A DNA stretch of 64,000 bases from Octopus vulgaris (Eukaryota). Made by a program: the position numbers and the translations under genes. Below are positions 37,707-51,420 of the stretch, in pieces. Every line of letters starts with the position of its first letter. Position 1 is the first letter of the stretch. The stretch spans positions 79,546,001-79,610,000 of the forward strand of contig OX597821.1 in assembly GCA_951406725.2 (NCBI GenBank). Reading direction: 5' to 3'. The notes under the pieces are model-generated. The model was not told where the DNA came from. It saw only the letters and a list, made by a program, of their open reading frames with translations, and did not search any database.

Positions 37707-39168
37707 TTGGGTCATCCCATAAATAATGCGTTTACGGTGGCACATAAAAAGCACCCACTACACTCTCGGAGTGGTTGGCATTAGGAAGGGCATCCAGCTG
37801 TAGAAACTCTGCCAAATCAAGATTGGAGCCTGGTGCAGCCATCTGGTTCACCAACCCTCAGTCAAAATCGTCCAACCCATGCTAGCATGGAAAGCGGATG
37901 TTAAACGATGATGAGGATGATGACTTCATTTATTTTTCAAAATTAAGATAAGTTCTTTTTTAATCTAAAATATACTCTCCTTCATTTTTTATGATGCCCT
38001 TCCATCCATCTGGTAGACTTACAAGGCTCCGCTTCCAAAATTTGCTTGTCTGTGATGAAAAATACTTCTCCAGTACTGTTCTGACGTTGTCTACAGAATT
38101 CATATTTTTTCTGTCCAAATGATTTTGAAGACTGCAGAATAAATGATAATCAGATGGGACAATGTCTGGCAAATATGGTGGGTGGGGCATTGTTTCCTAT
38201 TCACACTGCTCCAGCTTTTGGAATGTCATTCTTGTGAGATGTGGCCGAGCATTATCCTGATGGAAGAACATCTTTCGTCTTGAAACCAAAGACGGTAATT
38301 TTTCTTCTAGTGCTGACTTAAGCCATTCATGCTGCTTGCAGTAGATCTTCTTTGTTATCCTTTGGTTTGGGTTTAAAAGTTCAAAGTAGACTAAACCTCT
38401 CATATCCCATCAAACAGATAACAACACCTTACATGGGTGAAAATCCTCTTTAGCCTGGGGTACTGGTGTTTCTTCTTTCCCTACCCGCAATCTTCAGTGC
38501 TTGACATTTTTATAGAGAACCCATTTCTTGTCACCACACACTATTTAGTCCAAAAAAGGTTCATTCATGAGATGTGACCGCAAAGAAGAGCGCACATTTA
38601 CTCTCGGCATGCAATCAGAGTCAGAAAGTTTATGAGAAATCCATTAACCTAATTTGCTGACTTTTTGAATGGCACACAGGTGTTGATGAATGATTGAATG
38701 ACCAAAGCCGAGCTTCTCTGCTAGTTCCTCAATAGTTAGATGGGATTTTGTTCCACCAGGGTTTGCAGGATGTCCTCGTTGAGCAATACTGATATTCCAG
38801 GATGAGGCTCATCTAGGTTGTAGTTTCCAGCTTGGAATTTTCTGGAACCACTGTTGACCCTGGCTTACTCTTATTGTCCAATTCCCATATACTGCATTAA
38901 TATTCCTTGCACTTTCCATTGCATTATTGCCTTTATTGAATTCATGAAGTAAAATATACTGAATATTCTCCTTTGTCACTTCCATTATAGCTTTGAAAAA
39001 ATAACTATTAAAATCGAAGTGCACTCTTCAAAACTTGCACTAAGAATAAGTACAAGATAAAATTACTACCTGTTTTTATAGCAAGTTGATGCAGGTAGTT
39101 TATCCTGTCCTCCTCTGACTTTTAGTTGATGCAGTTGAAAAAACTGCGTTATTTATAGGATGACCCAA
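37707..39168 (-). mobile_element. Decayed full-length mariner transposon; an RTE tail (37731-37925) is inserted at the left TIR
   Basis: TA|TTGGGTCATCCCATAAATAATGC ... GCGTTATTTATAGGATGACCCAA|TA. Transposase remnants GDKKW, HQDNARPH and PHPPYLPDIVPSDYHLF. Confidence 0.9.
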
Positions 39169-39635
39169 TATATATAATATACATATATGTACTGGTGTAT
39201 GTAAAGAACACCATCCGAACGTGGCCAATGCCAGCGCCGCCTGTCGGCAACATGTAAAAAGCACCAACTGATCGTGGCCATTTGCCAGCCTCCTCCAGCC
39301 CCTGTGCTGGTGGCACATAAAAAACACCCACTACACTCACAGAGTGGTTGGTTGGCATTAGGAAGGGCATCCAGCTGTAGAAACACTGCCAGATCAGACT
39401 GGAGCCTGGTGCAGCCTCCTGGCTTCCCAGGCCCCGGTTGAACTGACCAACTCATGCTAGCATTGAAAACGGACGTTAAACGATGATGATAATGATGATG
39501 ATATATATGTTCATGTTTTTGAGTATGCATAGAAAAGTTCCTATTTTATTAGTCAGCTACAGCCTAATAATAGCAACTAGCAATAGCAGTTTTATGGGGT
39601 TGTACCAAGATGTGCTGATATAATGTTGAGTAAAT

Positions 39636-39639
<4 letters not shown>

Positions 39640-39691
<52 letters not shown>
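39640..39691. repeat. (AAT)n microsatellite
   Basis: About 17 perfect units. Confidence 0.95.
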
Positions 39692-40532
39692 CCATGGATG
39701 GAATTTATAAATATTTTAATGCATTGCTATGTGCATTTCCACAAATTACATGTTTCTTCTGATTGTAGTCTGAATTCCTGATCATAGTACAGTCCACAGT
39801 ATTCACAGACATCAGGTAGATCATATTCACGTGTTCAGTTCCTCAGGTGATATAGCATTAATGATGGAAGCAGCAAATGTATAGCTGAAGGTTGTTTATC
39901 AATTTTAATGAAAAGGTTGATTGGAATATTGTCGTCGTTTTCATCATCATCATCATTTAGTGTCCTCTTTCCATGCTGGCACGGGTTAGATGGTTTGACT
40001 GAAACTGGTAAGCTGGAGAGCTGTGCCAGGTTCCAATCTGATTTGGCATGGGTTCTACTGCTGGGTGCTCTTCCTAATGCCAACCACTCCAAGAGTGTAA
40101 TGTGTGCTTTTTACGTGCCACCAGTATGGGTGCCATTTACATAAACATTGGTTACGGCCATGACTACCATTTCACAGGTGCCATCCACATGGCACAACTA
40201 CAGTTTCGCTTGACTCAATGAGTCTTCTCAAGCACAGCCTATCGCTAAGGTCTCAGTCACTTGTCATCACCTCTGTGAAAACCAACATTTGAACATTATG
40301 CTTTATCACCTCATCCCTTGCCTCTGTGAGGCCCTAAATTTTGAAGATCATGCTACTAGCAATGACCATGACTACAATTTCACAAGTGCCACTTACATGA
40401 TACTAACAATGGCCATGACTACAGTTTCACTTGGCTTGATGAGCCTTCTTAAGCAAAGCATATTGCCAAAGGTCTTTGTTACTAGTCATCGCCTCCATGA
40501 GGCTCAACATTTGAAAATCATGACCATACCAT

Positions 40533-40940
40533 GTGCAGGAGTGGCTGTGTGGTAAGTAGTTTGCTTACCAACCACATAGTTCTGGGTTCATTCCCACTGC
40601 GTGGTACCTTGGGCAAGTGTCTTCTACTATAGCTTCAGGATGACCAAAGCCTTGTGAGTGGATTTGGTAGATGGAAACTGAAAGAATGAAAGAAGCCCAT
40701 CGTATATATGTATATATATATGTGTGTGTATATGTTTGTGTGTCTGTGTTTGCCCCCCAACATTGCTTGACAATCTATGCTTGTATGTTTACATTCCTGT
40801 AAGTTAGTGGTTCGGCAAAAGAGACTGATAGAATGAGTACTAGGCTTACAAAGAATAAGTCCTAGGATCAATTAGCTCGACTAAAGGCGGTGTTCCAGTA
40901 TGGCCGCTGTCAAATGACTGAAACAAGTAAAAGAGATAAA
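40533..40940 (+). mobile_element. SINE family A, full length
   Basis: Head GCAGGAGTGGCTGTGTGGTAAG..GGGTTCATTCCC through tail GAAACAAGTAAAAGAG. Confidence 0.8.
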
Positions 40941-40941
40941 A

Positions 40942-41270
40942 GACACCAGTGCAGTATTGTGTCTCTTGCAAACCACATCTGATGCCTCTTTTGCCCAGTT
41001 TTTCTCTAAAGACTTTTATGTTCTGTCATTTATGCACACTGATATTGCACATCCAGTGAAGCATACTAGCTTCATTTCTTTCAATCTTTTGAATGTCTTC
41101 TGTGGTCAAAGCCCACGTTTCATGACTGTTCATACACGGGCAACATACAATCTACCTTTCATTCTGAAGGAGAGGCTCTTTGTTACCAACAGAGGTAGAA
41201 GCTCTCTGAACTTTGCCCAGCCTATTCTTATTTTAGTAGCTATACTCTCAGAGCATTCACCTCCACTCCT
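40942..41270 (-). mobile_element. RTE LINE coding remnant (same family as 15589-16777)
   Basis: AGCTCTCTGAACTTTGCCCA..CTATTCTTA matches 15867-15900. Confidence 0.7.
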
Positions 41271-43296
41271 TTCTCAAAGTCACTTATTTTCATGAAAGTG
41301 GATATTATCCATGGATTGTACTCATGTATTTCTCTCTAGCCTCCACATACCGTCCATATTCTATACCCATGTTTCACAACCATGCAGCATCTCAGTTTTT
41401 ATACTTGTTATGTACAAATGAAACCGATTGTTTCTGATGTGTTTGTGCACTGCACACCCTCTAAACTCTCTTTCTTTCCTGATGCCAACAGGCTTTTCTA
41501 TCAACATTATAGAATTTTTCTGCCAGTGACCTCATCATCATCATCATTTAATGTCTGTTTTCCTTGCTGGCATGGGTTAGATGGTTTGACAGGAGCTGGT
41601 TAGCTGGAGAGCTGTCTGGGCTTCATGTCTGTTCTGGCATGGTTTCTATGGCTGGATGCCTTTCCTAATGCCAACCATTTTACAGAGTGTGCTGAGTGCT
41701 TTTACATAGCATCAGCATGGGTGCTTTTATGTGGCACTGGCATGAGTGCATTTCACATGGCACCAGCACCCATGTGCCTGCAAGATTAAGAACGCTTAAC
41801 TGAAGAGGGATGCAGGGGCATGCCTGTATGCAAGCATAACCACATATTTTCTTAGCTCGACGTGTCACCTTAAGCACAGCAAACTGTTAAATAATATAGT
41901 GTTATAAGCAACACTTACATTAAGAAAACTTCCACATTTACACCCTACATACTTCCAACTGCACACACTATGCAGTCATGCAACTCCTCCAAAATTCTGC
42001 TTCTCCACTCCATCTGCCCCATCTCCATCGCAACTAAGCAATAAACTTCAATTCTTATTGCTTTTCACTATAAATTTGTTTGACTATGACTTAATCTGAG
42101 GATACACAACAATGAGTTTTATTTTGTGCTAACAAAGGAAGTCCTCTCCATAGCTGCTCATCATACTAGATATACCAGCTTAATTTCCCTCAAATCACAC
42201 CCTACCATCTTCAGTTAGGAAAGGACATTTTGGAAAAACCTCCATCAAATCACACACTACTGGCTTGGAAAGGATGCAGCAGATAATGTATTCCTAAACA
42301 TACTCCTTAACGACAAGATGATTATAGCTGGAACAGCCTTGATCCTAGGTCTTCTTGATCGAGGCTGACTTGGGATTAAACAGTCATGAAATTTTGTAAA
42401 GTCTTTAAACTAAGTTTAACCCCTTTCTTACTGTATTTCTGTTGAATTATGCTGCCTTTGTTTTAATTAATTCTGAAAATAATTACAACTTTATTTAAAC
42501 AGTTTTACTATTATTAACCTTGTGTTTAGAACATAAATTATCATAAATGACATCTATTTGTAACCAGTTACATACTCATAAGAGATTTATCACTTTCAGT
42601 ATAAGAAACAGTGTGTAATACCTGGTTTCTATATCAGAGGTGATAAATCTCATCTAGAGATGTGGCTGGCTGTGAGTACACAAGATTCAAGAAGGTCAAA
42701 AGATATCTGATGGTCTTGCCCCATTATATAACTGGCACTCCATAGGTTATGATGAAATAGATGGTGTTTGAGATGCCACCAGGGAAAACCCACAAGATAC
42801 AGTAGGGTGGGGGTAATATAAGGGTTACAGAGCGGATATGAAGATGGTTCAAACCTTTTATGTATATATTTTTTATTTTCGTATTACATGGCCTGACTCT
42901 CTGTCAGTTTTGGCAATGAGCATTCAAGTTGATCCATCAGCAAAACAACCCGCTCACGATATTAACATGCAAGTGGCTGAGTACTCCATAGATATACATA
43001 CCTTTAATATAATCCTCAGAGTGATTCAACATGCTACAGAATGTGACAAGTCTGGCCTTTTGAATTACTGGTATGACTCATTGCTGAAGGACACAACACG
43101 CCATCAGGAATTGAACTCATAACTTTACGACATATGAGCTGATTACCCTAACCACTGAACCACATGCTTTTAAACACAGCATGTCTACAAGAGATTTTAT
43201 CTCAGACAAAAACTACAGTAACTATCCAGTCGGTGGTGTGTATACATTTAATATGATACATAAGTGACTATTTCACAAAATTGTTTGTATTTTCAG

Positions 43297-43396
43297 GATG
43301 AGCAAACATGACAGCTGTGCCAAGTTGGGCCATGAACTCTTTGTTGAACTCAACAAAAGAGATAAACATCCACGAACAAGTTCTGCTTACACTAAG
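43297..43396 (+). CDS. STX8: Syntaxin-8 coding exon 2 (100 nt; (W)MSKHDSCAKLGHELFVELNKRDKHPRTSSAYTK)
   Basis: Acceptor ttgtattttcAG, donor AAG|GTAAGA. Phase-compatible with exons 1 and 3. Aligns by eye with the N-terminal helical region of STX8. Confidence 0.9.
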
Positions 43397-44777
43397 GTAA
43401 GATTCTTCAAATGTCTTAGCACTTTTTTTTTTACAGTTACCATTGTTTACCATTTAACATTTTACCCTCATCTTTCATCTCTGTTTCCTTTCACTCTTGA
43501 AATTTGGACATTGTATTTTTTGCTTGTGTCATTGTTTTTTCATTCATCTTATTTTTAATTACTTTTTGCATTTATTCATCATCATCATCATCATCTAATG
43601 CCCTTTCTCCTCGCTGGCATGGGTTGGATGGTTAGACAGGAACTGGTGAGCTGTCCAGACTCTAGTGTCTGTTTTGGCATGGTTTTCTACAACAGGATGC
43701 CTTTCCTAGTGCCCAACCACTTTACAGAGTGTACTGGGTGCTTTTAATGTGGCACCACTCTGCACCCGATGAGAACAATATTGGTTTTTGAACAAGTAGG
43801 CCATAAAAAAAAATATAGAAAAATATATCAGGAGTGAACATGACTTGAATCTAATTCCAATCTGTTTCATGCTGCTATGCATCATTATCATCTCAAGCCT
43901 ACCAATTCTTGTGACTCTCTTTAATGAATTAAGTTGAGACAATAAGAGTGATGTCCCTTGGCTCCACTATCTGATATAGTGTCCTGTACAATACAGCACA
44001 AAATGTCAGAAATTGTCATTGAAAGAAAGAGATCCCATTCGGTCATGAATGACCATGGGATTGTACCTAGAAAATTAACCCCTGAGGCACAAGTCTGGGC
44101 AAGGTTATTTATGGGAAACCAACAGTTGCCCATTCATACCAGCATCACCTCTCCATGCCACTGATATTTGTTGTCGTTTAACGTTCACATTCCATGCTGG
44201 CATGGGTTGGACGGTTTGACTGAGGACTGGCAAACCAGAAGGCTGCACCAGGCTCCAATCTGATCTGGCAGAGTTTCTACAGCTGGATGCCCTTCCTAAC
44301 ACCAACCACTCCGAGAGTGTAGTGGGTGCTTTTACATGCCACCGGCACGAGGGCCAGTCAGTCGGTTCTGGCAACGTCCACGCTCAAATGATGTTTTTAC
44401 GGGCCATCTGCACAGGAGCCAGTCTGGTGGTACTGGCAACGACCACACTCAAATGTTATTTTTTCACATGCCACTGGCACATGTGCTGGTAAGGCAACGC
44501 TGGCAATAATCACGCTTGAATAGTGCTTTTTACGTGCCACCGGCATGGGGGCTAATCAATGGTCCCAACAATGATGAGTTTGATTCCCAGACTACACTGT
44601 ATGTTGTATTCTTGCTCAAGAATACAACATACAGTGTGGTCTGGGAATCAAATTCACTACCTCATGTTTGTGAGCCTGACACTAACTTCTGTGCTATGGC
44701 ACCTTAAATGACGATGATGATACTTGTTACTATCCTCATCATTTAACTGCTGTGGTTCTTAAGGGTGAACCTGTATA

Positions 44778-45297
44778 CTGTAAATCCTTGAGTATAATCC
44801 GCATTTTTTCCCCAAAATTTAAAGGTCAAAATCCCTAGTGCGTACTATATATGAGGTTAAAAATGAAATATTTTCTAAGCAATGCCCGAGTCTCCATTTG
44901 CTGATCGGCAATGTTTATTCAGACGCATTTTGTGATGTCGGGTGCGAAAATATCTTAAGCTAAGCCTGAAAGCAATGAAGTCATAAAAGAATCATCCATA
45001 ACTTGCAGTAAGCAACATTTATTAAAATAAAAGTATTCAGAACATAGAATAACATGTAACAAAAACAATTTGCAAACATATTTACATTCCCATATAACAG
45101 TTAAGGACATCCCCATTATTGTATTACGCAAGTGCGGAAGTGTTTGTTCGACTAGGTGTTGTTGGCTTAATTACGCACAATTCAAGTTCGAGAAGGGCTG
45201 CGTATTATACACAAGGTTTAGGTTTTTCAGAGGTACAGCCCCCTAAAAATCCCGTACATATTATACTCAAGGGCAGACTATACTCGAGGATTTATGG
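44778..45297. mobile_element. 520-bp MITE of Tc1/pogo type
   Basis: TA|CTGTAAATCCTTGAGTATAATC ... GACTATACTCGAGGATTTATGG|TA, with subterminal TATACTC repeats. Confidence 0.8.
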
Positions 45298-45857
45298 TAT
45301 TCACAAGTAAAGGATAATACAAATATTGGTTACAAATTTTGGTACAATGCCAACAATTTCAGAGAAGGAGCATAGGTGATTACATTGATGCCCAAGTATT
45401 CAACTGGCATTTTGCCCTTCCTAATGTCAACCACTATACTCTTGGAGTGGTTAGCATTAGGAAGCGCATACAGTTGTAGAAACCTTGCTAGATGAGATTG
45501 GAGCCTGGTGCAGCCATCTGGCTCACCAGTCCTCAGTCTAACCGTCCAACCCATGCCAGAATGGAATGCAGACGTTAAACGATGATGATGAATTTGAATG
45601 CAGAATGTAAAGAGTTGGCAGAAATGCCATCAAGCATTTTGTGCATTGTGCTAACAATCCTACCAGCTTGCTGCCTTCAAATGACACAAATAGCAAGGGT
45701 GGATAAAATATGGAATCTGTTCTTCAAGTTTTGAATGATTTGATGACTGATACAAGAACAAGCATTACAAATAGTATTAAACAGTTCTTGAGTAATGAAA
45801 GGAAATAAATTGATTTGTTTCTGGGAGAAGTAATGTCAGTGTTATATATACTACTGT

Positions 45858-46226
45858 GGAGGCGCAATGGCCCAGTGGTTAGGGCAGTGGACTCGTGGTT
45901 TTGATTCCCAGACCGGGCATTGTGAGTGTTTATTGAGTGAAAAACCTAAAGCTCCATGAGGCTCCAGCAGGGGCTGGTGGTGATCCCTGCTGTACTCTTT
46001 CGCCACAACTTTCTCTCAATCTTTTTTTCTGTTTCTGCTGTACCTGTATTTCAAAGGACCAGCCTTGTCACACTATGTGTCACGCTGAATCTCCCCCGAA
46101 GATCTACGTTAAGGATACACGTGTCTGTGGAATGCTCAGCCACTTGCACATTAATTTCACGAGCAGACTGTTCCGCTGATCGGATCAACTGGAACCCTTG
46201 TTGTCGTAATTGACGGAGTGCCAACA
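45858..46226 (+). mobile_element. tRNA-derived SINE: head/centre of the 52498 type, tail of the 55282 type
   Basis: GGAGGCGCAATGGCCCAGTGGTTAG...CTCTTTCGCCACAACTTTCTCTC followed by TGTATTTCAAAGG..CAGCCTTGTCAC. Confidence 0.75.
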
Positions 46227-46999
46227 ATATACTACTAGTGTTGTTGTAGTGTTGCATGTATTTTACATCTAATTCACCTTTTAGCATTTAAACTGGTCAT
46301 TTCTGGCCAATGTGTTCCACCTGTTTTATGTTCAAACTGGCCAGATCCAGCCTCTCAAACCTACCCTGCAGTGTCACTCTAAAAACAGACCACATTATAT
46401 GTGACAGAGTGATATGAACACTAAAGGGTTAAGAATAGCTATGGTTGCTATCAGTTTACTGTCATGAATGGCTTACTCACTTGTGTAAGACTTCTACATG
46501 TAAAGGACAGCTTTGACAACTATGCCTGTACTTTGAACTAATGCAGTACAACATGATTCTACTCCTAACCACTCAATTGTGAATTAGTTGTTAGATCTGC
46601 TTCCTGTTCAATTTAGCAAAATAGGTGCCTTGCTCAGAGGCACAGCTCAGTGGTAGAAGTAAGATCTGGACTTGTAACTTTGTGGTCAGTTGTCCATTAC
46701 CTTAACATCAGAGATGTTGTGTGGATATAAAATGCAGAAAGCTATAGAATACATCACAGCTCGAACTCCTTTGGTCATAGGTCAGCTTAGTCCAGGTTGC
46801 TCATGAACTAAAGGAGACTAGTATACTCTCCTTACTTTCTTTTCCTCCTGGGGTAACCAAGTATCTCCTCTATCACTCTATTTTAACCTCTAGACCAGAA
46901 CAAAGCCATCTCCCTCAGTGTCATTTGCTCTCCCAGTCTAGGGATTTTTCTGCTGCAAGTTTCTCAGTGACCCCACTGTTGCTGGTGCTAAAAAAGGAG

Positions 47000-47320
47000 C
47001 ACTCTGTCGGTTATGACGATGAGGGTCCCAGCTGATACGCTCAATGAAACAGCTTGCTCATGAAATTAACGTGCAAGTGACTGAGTAATCCACAGACACA
47101 TGTACCCCTAACATAGTTCCCAGGGAGATTCAGCATGACACAGAGTGTGACAAGGCTGGCCCTTTGAAATACAAGTACTACTCATTTTTGCCAGCTGAGT
47201 GGACTGGAGCAACGTGAAATAAAATGTCTTGCTCAAGGACACAACACGTCGCCGGGAATTGAACTCACGACATTACAATTGTGAGCCAAATGCCCTAACC
47301 ACTAAGCTACGTGCCTTCAC
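47000..47320 (-). mobile_element. Older copy of the 17446/55282 SINE
   Basis: Collinear with 17450-17770 but with more substitutions. Confidence 0.85.
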
Positions 47321-47928
47321 ATAAAAGTAGCTGGTGTTACATTAGAAGCACCCTGTACACACTGTTAAGTGGTTGGCATTAGGAAGGGCATCCAGCCATT
47401 GAAACTATGCCAAAGCAGACACTGGAGCCTGGTGCAGCTCTTGGCCTTACCTGCTCCTGTCAAACTGTCCAACCCATGCCAGCATGGAAAACACAGTAAA
47501 TGAAAATGATGATGATGAAGTTTTTTTTTTTTTGCATTTGGCTTCAACCTTCTGTCTTCATTTTTGCTCTTTGATAAATTCATCTTGTAACAGTTAAAGC
47601 AGCAATTTTTTTTTTCTTTTTAATGTTTGGTGCTTAGTTTCATCTTCCCTTTGTAAAGAGTTTTGCTTTGTTTTTTTTTCCTTTTTTTTTTACCCCCTTT
47701 AAAATATTGGGTTAACTAAACAAACCGCTAGAAGCAATGAGCAAGCCAGACCTCTGTCAGTTTGTGTGTGAAACAAGGAGGCTGCCTGCATTCTCTGTCT
47801 GTCTGTCTCTCTCCCTCTCTGTTCTTTTGCTATTTTACTTATGTCAGTTCTTTACTCCTTGTCTTTCTGTTCAACTAAATAAATAAATAAAATCTCATTG
47901 TTTTGTTGTTGTGTTTCTATGGTTACAG

Positions 47929-48023
47929 CTCAACTCACAGATCCGGACATCTATGAAGAAATTCTCCAGTGATGTTGCCCAGTTGAAACCAATGCTTATA
48001 CAACACTCAGCCTCGCACAGACT
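47929..48023 (+). CDS. STX8: Syntaxin-8 coding exon 3 (95 nt; LNSQIRTSMKKFSSDVAQLKPMLIQHSASHR(L))
   Basis: Acceptor ggttacAG. Ends at the U12-type donor GTATCCTTT. Reading frame is continuous across both junctions. Confidence 0.9.
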
Positions 48024-49864
48024 GTATCCTTTACATGTTTTCTTTCATTCATTCATTCAATTTCCTTCTTTTTATTTTCTGCACTCTTTATTCCTTTCTT
48101 TCTTTCATAATTTTTTTTTTTATTACAATTCTTTCTTTCTTATTCTTACTCTTTCCTTTATTTCTTTGCTCATTCCTTCCCTTCTTATGTCCTTCCTTGC
48201 ACATACCACTGTCGCTGCCGTTGCCACCGCCACCACCACCAGCATGAATAGTTGTTTGCTTTCCTAACCAATTTGGATATTTAGAGTAAGCCCTTCCACC
48301 CTACCCCAACTCACCCCTCGCCCCACATCCCAGTCTTTTAAATGCGTGAGCATAATGTATGCACACAACACACGCACACAAACACACAAATTTATATGTC
48401 TGTGTATGTGTGGTCATGCAAATAGCTAAATAACATAAATATCACACACACATGCACAAACACATGTATACACACACACAAACGCACATCCTCATCATCA
48501 TCACCTTCATCATTTAATGCGTGGTTTCCGTGTTGGCATGGATTGGATGGTTTGGCAGAATCTGGCAAGTCCAAACCAGACAACTGCATCATGTTCCAGT
48601 ATATTCTTTGGCACAGTTTCTATGGCCGGATGACCTTCCTTATGCCATATATAGATCTTTTGTCCTTTACTTGTTTCTGTAATTAGATTGTGTCCATACT
48701 GGGGCACCACCTTAAAGAATTTTAAACAAACAGATTGACTCCAGTACTTAATTTTCTTTCTAAGCCTGGTACTTATTCTATCAGTCTTTTTTGCTGAACT
48801 GCTAAGTTACAGGGATGTAAACACATCAACACTGGTTGTCAAGTGGTGGTGGGAGATAAATACTGACACAAAGAGACACACACACACATCATCATCATCA
48901 TCGTTATCGTTTAATGTCCACTTTCCATGCTAGCATGGGTTTCACGATTTGCACCAGGCTCCAATCTGATCTGGCAGAGTTTCTACCGCTGGATGCCCTT
49001 CCTAACGCCAACCACTCCGAGAGTGTAGTGGCTACTTTTACGTGCCACCGGCATGAGGGCCAGTCTGGCAGTACTGGCAACGGCCAAGCTCAAATGGTGT
49101 TTTTTACGTGCCACTGGCACAAGTGCTGGTAAGGTGACACTGGTAACACATTGCCAGTAAATCATAAATCCAAAAGCGAAGCACATTCTAAGTTATAGAG
49201 CAGTGGAGTATTTAAAGAATGTTAGTTATGGTTGGTTTATAGGGTTACCTAAAGTTTCATGTCCATAAAGCGCTTAGCTTTATACATGTGACATCAGGCC
49301 CAACCACATCGTTCTGGGTTCAGTTCCACTGCATGGTACCTTGGGTAAGTGTCTTCTACTATAGCCTCGGGGCTGACCAAAGCCTTGTGACTGGATTTGG
49401 TAGACGGAAACTGAAAGAAGCCCATCATATATATATATATATATATAAACTTACTTGGAAATGGGTGTGTGGTGTTTTCATTCAGTTTCCATCTACCAAA
49501 TCCATTCACGAGGCTTTGGTTAGCCCAAGCTTACAATAGAAAACAATTACCCAAGGTGCTACCATTTGAGCCTGAACTCAGAACCATGTAGTTTGGGAAA
49601 CAAGCTTCTTACCACACAGCCGCAACTACAAGGCCAACTGGTTGAAAGTGATTTGTAGATTGATATATAAACTTAGGAACAAAGTGCTCAAATCAAAGCT
49701 ACATGCACACATATGCTGTTTCTGCAAATCTGGATGTGAGAAAAGATATCACCTGATCTAAGAGGTTCAACTATTATTAAATGTCTTCGACAAGGGAGAC
49801 AAATCAGACTGTGACAACTAAGGTGGAATCGTGTTTTTGTCATCAGCCGGAAAAACTTTAACTA

Positions 49865-50427
49865 TTGGGTTGTCCGGAAAGTTCTTGCCGATTTGTAAAG
49901 GAAAGAAAAAGGTCAATAAATACTTGCCATGACATTTTTAATCGACCAAATATGAACCATTTTGTTGCAGAATGTGTCTCCATCTTTCCTTTAACTTGGA
50001 AATACCCTCTTCCCAGAACTGAGGTGGTTTAATGGCATAGAATTCATCAAGGTATCTTTTTACGTCATCCAAGGAATTGAAATTTTTACCATTAAGACTA
50101 TTCTGCAGAGACCTGAATAAGTGGAAATCCGAAGGAGCAATATCTGGTGAATATGAGGTGTGGGGTAATACACCCCAGCCGAGCTGCAGCAATTTTTGTC
50201 TGGTTCCCAAAGCATCAAGTGCCGAAAAAGAAATTTCTTATCTCCCATTTTAAAGGGTTACAGAATTAACACAGGTTATAGGAACATAAACCTTCCACGA
50301 AAAGATAGCTTAAACTGCGCTCTAAATGGCGGTGTAGTCAAATCCTATTTTATGGCCTCAACCATGTTCTAAAATAAGTCGAAAGATAAGCTACTATAAA
50401 TTGGCACAAACTTTCCAGATAACCCAA
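49865..50427 (-). mobile_element. Internally deleted mariner (second family)
   Basis: TIRs TA|TTGGGTTGTCCGGAAAGTT / AACTTTCCAGATAACCCAA|TA. N-terminal MGDKKFLFRHLML is fused out of frame to the C-terminus with YSPDIAPSDFHLF. Confidence 0.9.
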
Positions 50428-51019
50428 TAGATTCCTGCTGGTCAACCAACTTGTCTCGCTGTTGGACACTCATCTATCCAAATCTTAGTTTGCTTTTCGA
50501 CTTTCCAGCTGCACTAGATATTAATGAAACATACCGTTAAGAATACCCCTGATGCATCAGGCGATATGTTATGCGTAAGAAGGCCTGTTGAGTCAAGTAA
50601 AACCAATATCATAGCTGTGGCCAGTGCCCCCTGACTGGCTTCCATGCCGGTGGCATGTAAAAAGCACCCACTACACTCTTGGAGGGGTTGGCATTAGGAA
50701 GGGCATCCAGCTGTAGAAGCATTGCCAGATCTGATTGGAGCCTGGTGCAGCTGCTGGCTTTCCAGACCTCAGTCAAACCGTCCAACCCATGCCAGCATGG
50801 AATGCGGACGTTAAACGATGATGATGATGATGACTGTATCTGTTGAAGTAATAGAAATGACAGTGATACCGGAGAGAGGGAGAGTTGAAGAGAAGAGGCA
50901 ACGAGGCATTGAATTAGGAATGTATAGAAGTGGTTCTCAACCACTTTTTACCTTCGGAACCCTTTGATGGATGCTCATAGCCATTCAACGTTTATATAAA
51001 AAAAAAAACCTATTTTATA

Positions 51020-51420
51020 GGCGTAGGAGTGGCTGTGTCGTAAGTAGCTTGAACCACATGGTTCAAGGTTCAGTCCCACTGCGTGGCACCTTGGGCAAGT
51101 GTCTTCTACTATAACCTTGGACTGACCAAAGCCTTGTGAGTGGATTTGGTAGACAGAAACTGAAAGAAGCCCGCCGTATATATGTGTGTATATATATATA
51201 TATGTGTGTGTTTGTGAGTCTGTGTTTGTCTCCCCAACATCACTTGACAACCGATGCTGGTGTGTTTACATCCCCATAAGTTAGCTGTTCGGCAAAAGAG
51301 ACCAATAGAATAAGTACTAGGCTTACAAAGAATAAGTCTTGGGGTTGATTTGCTCAATTAAAGGCTGTGCTCCAGCATAGCCACAGTCAATTGACTGAAA
51401 CAAGTAAAAGGGTAAAAGAA
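51020..51420 (+). mobile_element. SINE family A, full length
   Basis: Same organisation as 40533-40940. Confidence 0.8.

Noticed and set aside
47911-48267. 118-aa single-exon ORF with a hydrophobic tail
   Set aside because: This is STX8 exon 3 read through the U12 donor into T-rich intron sequence.
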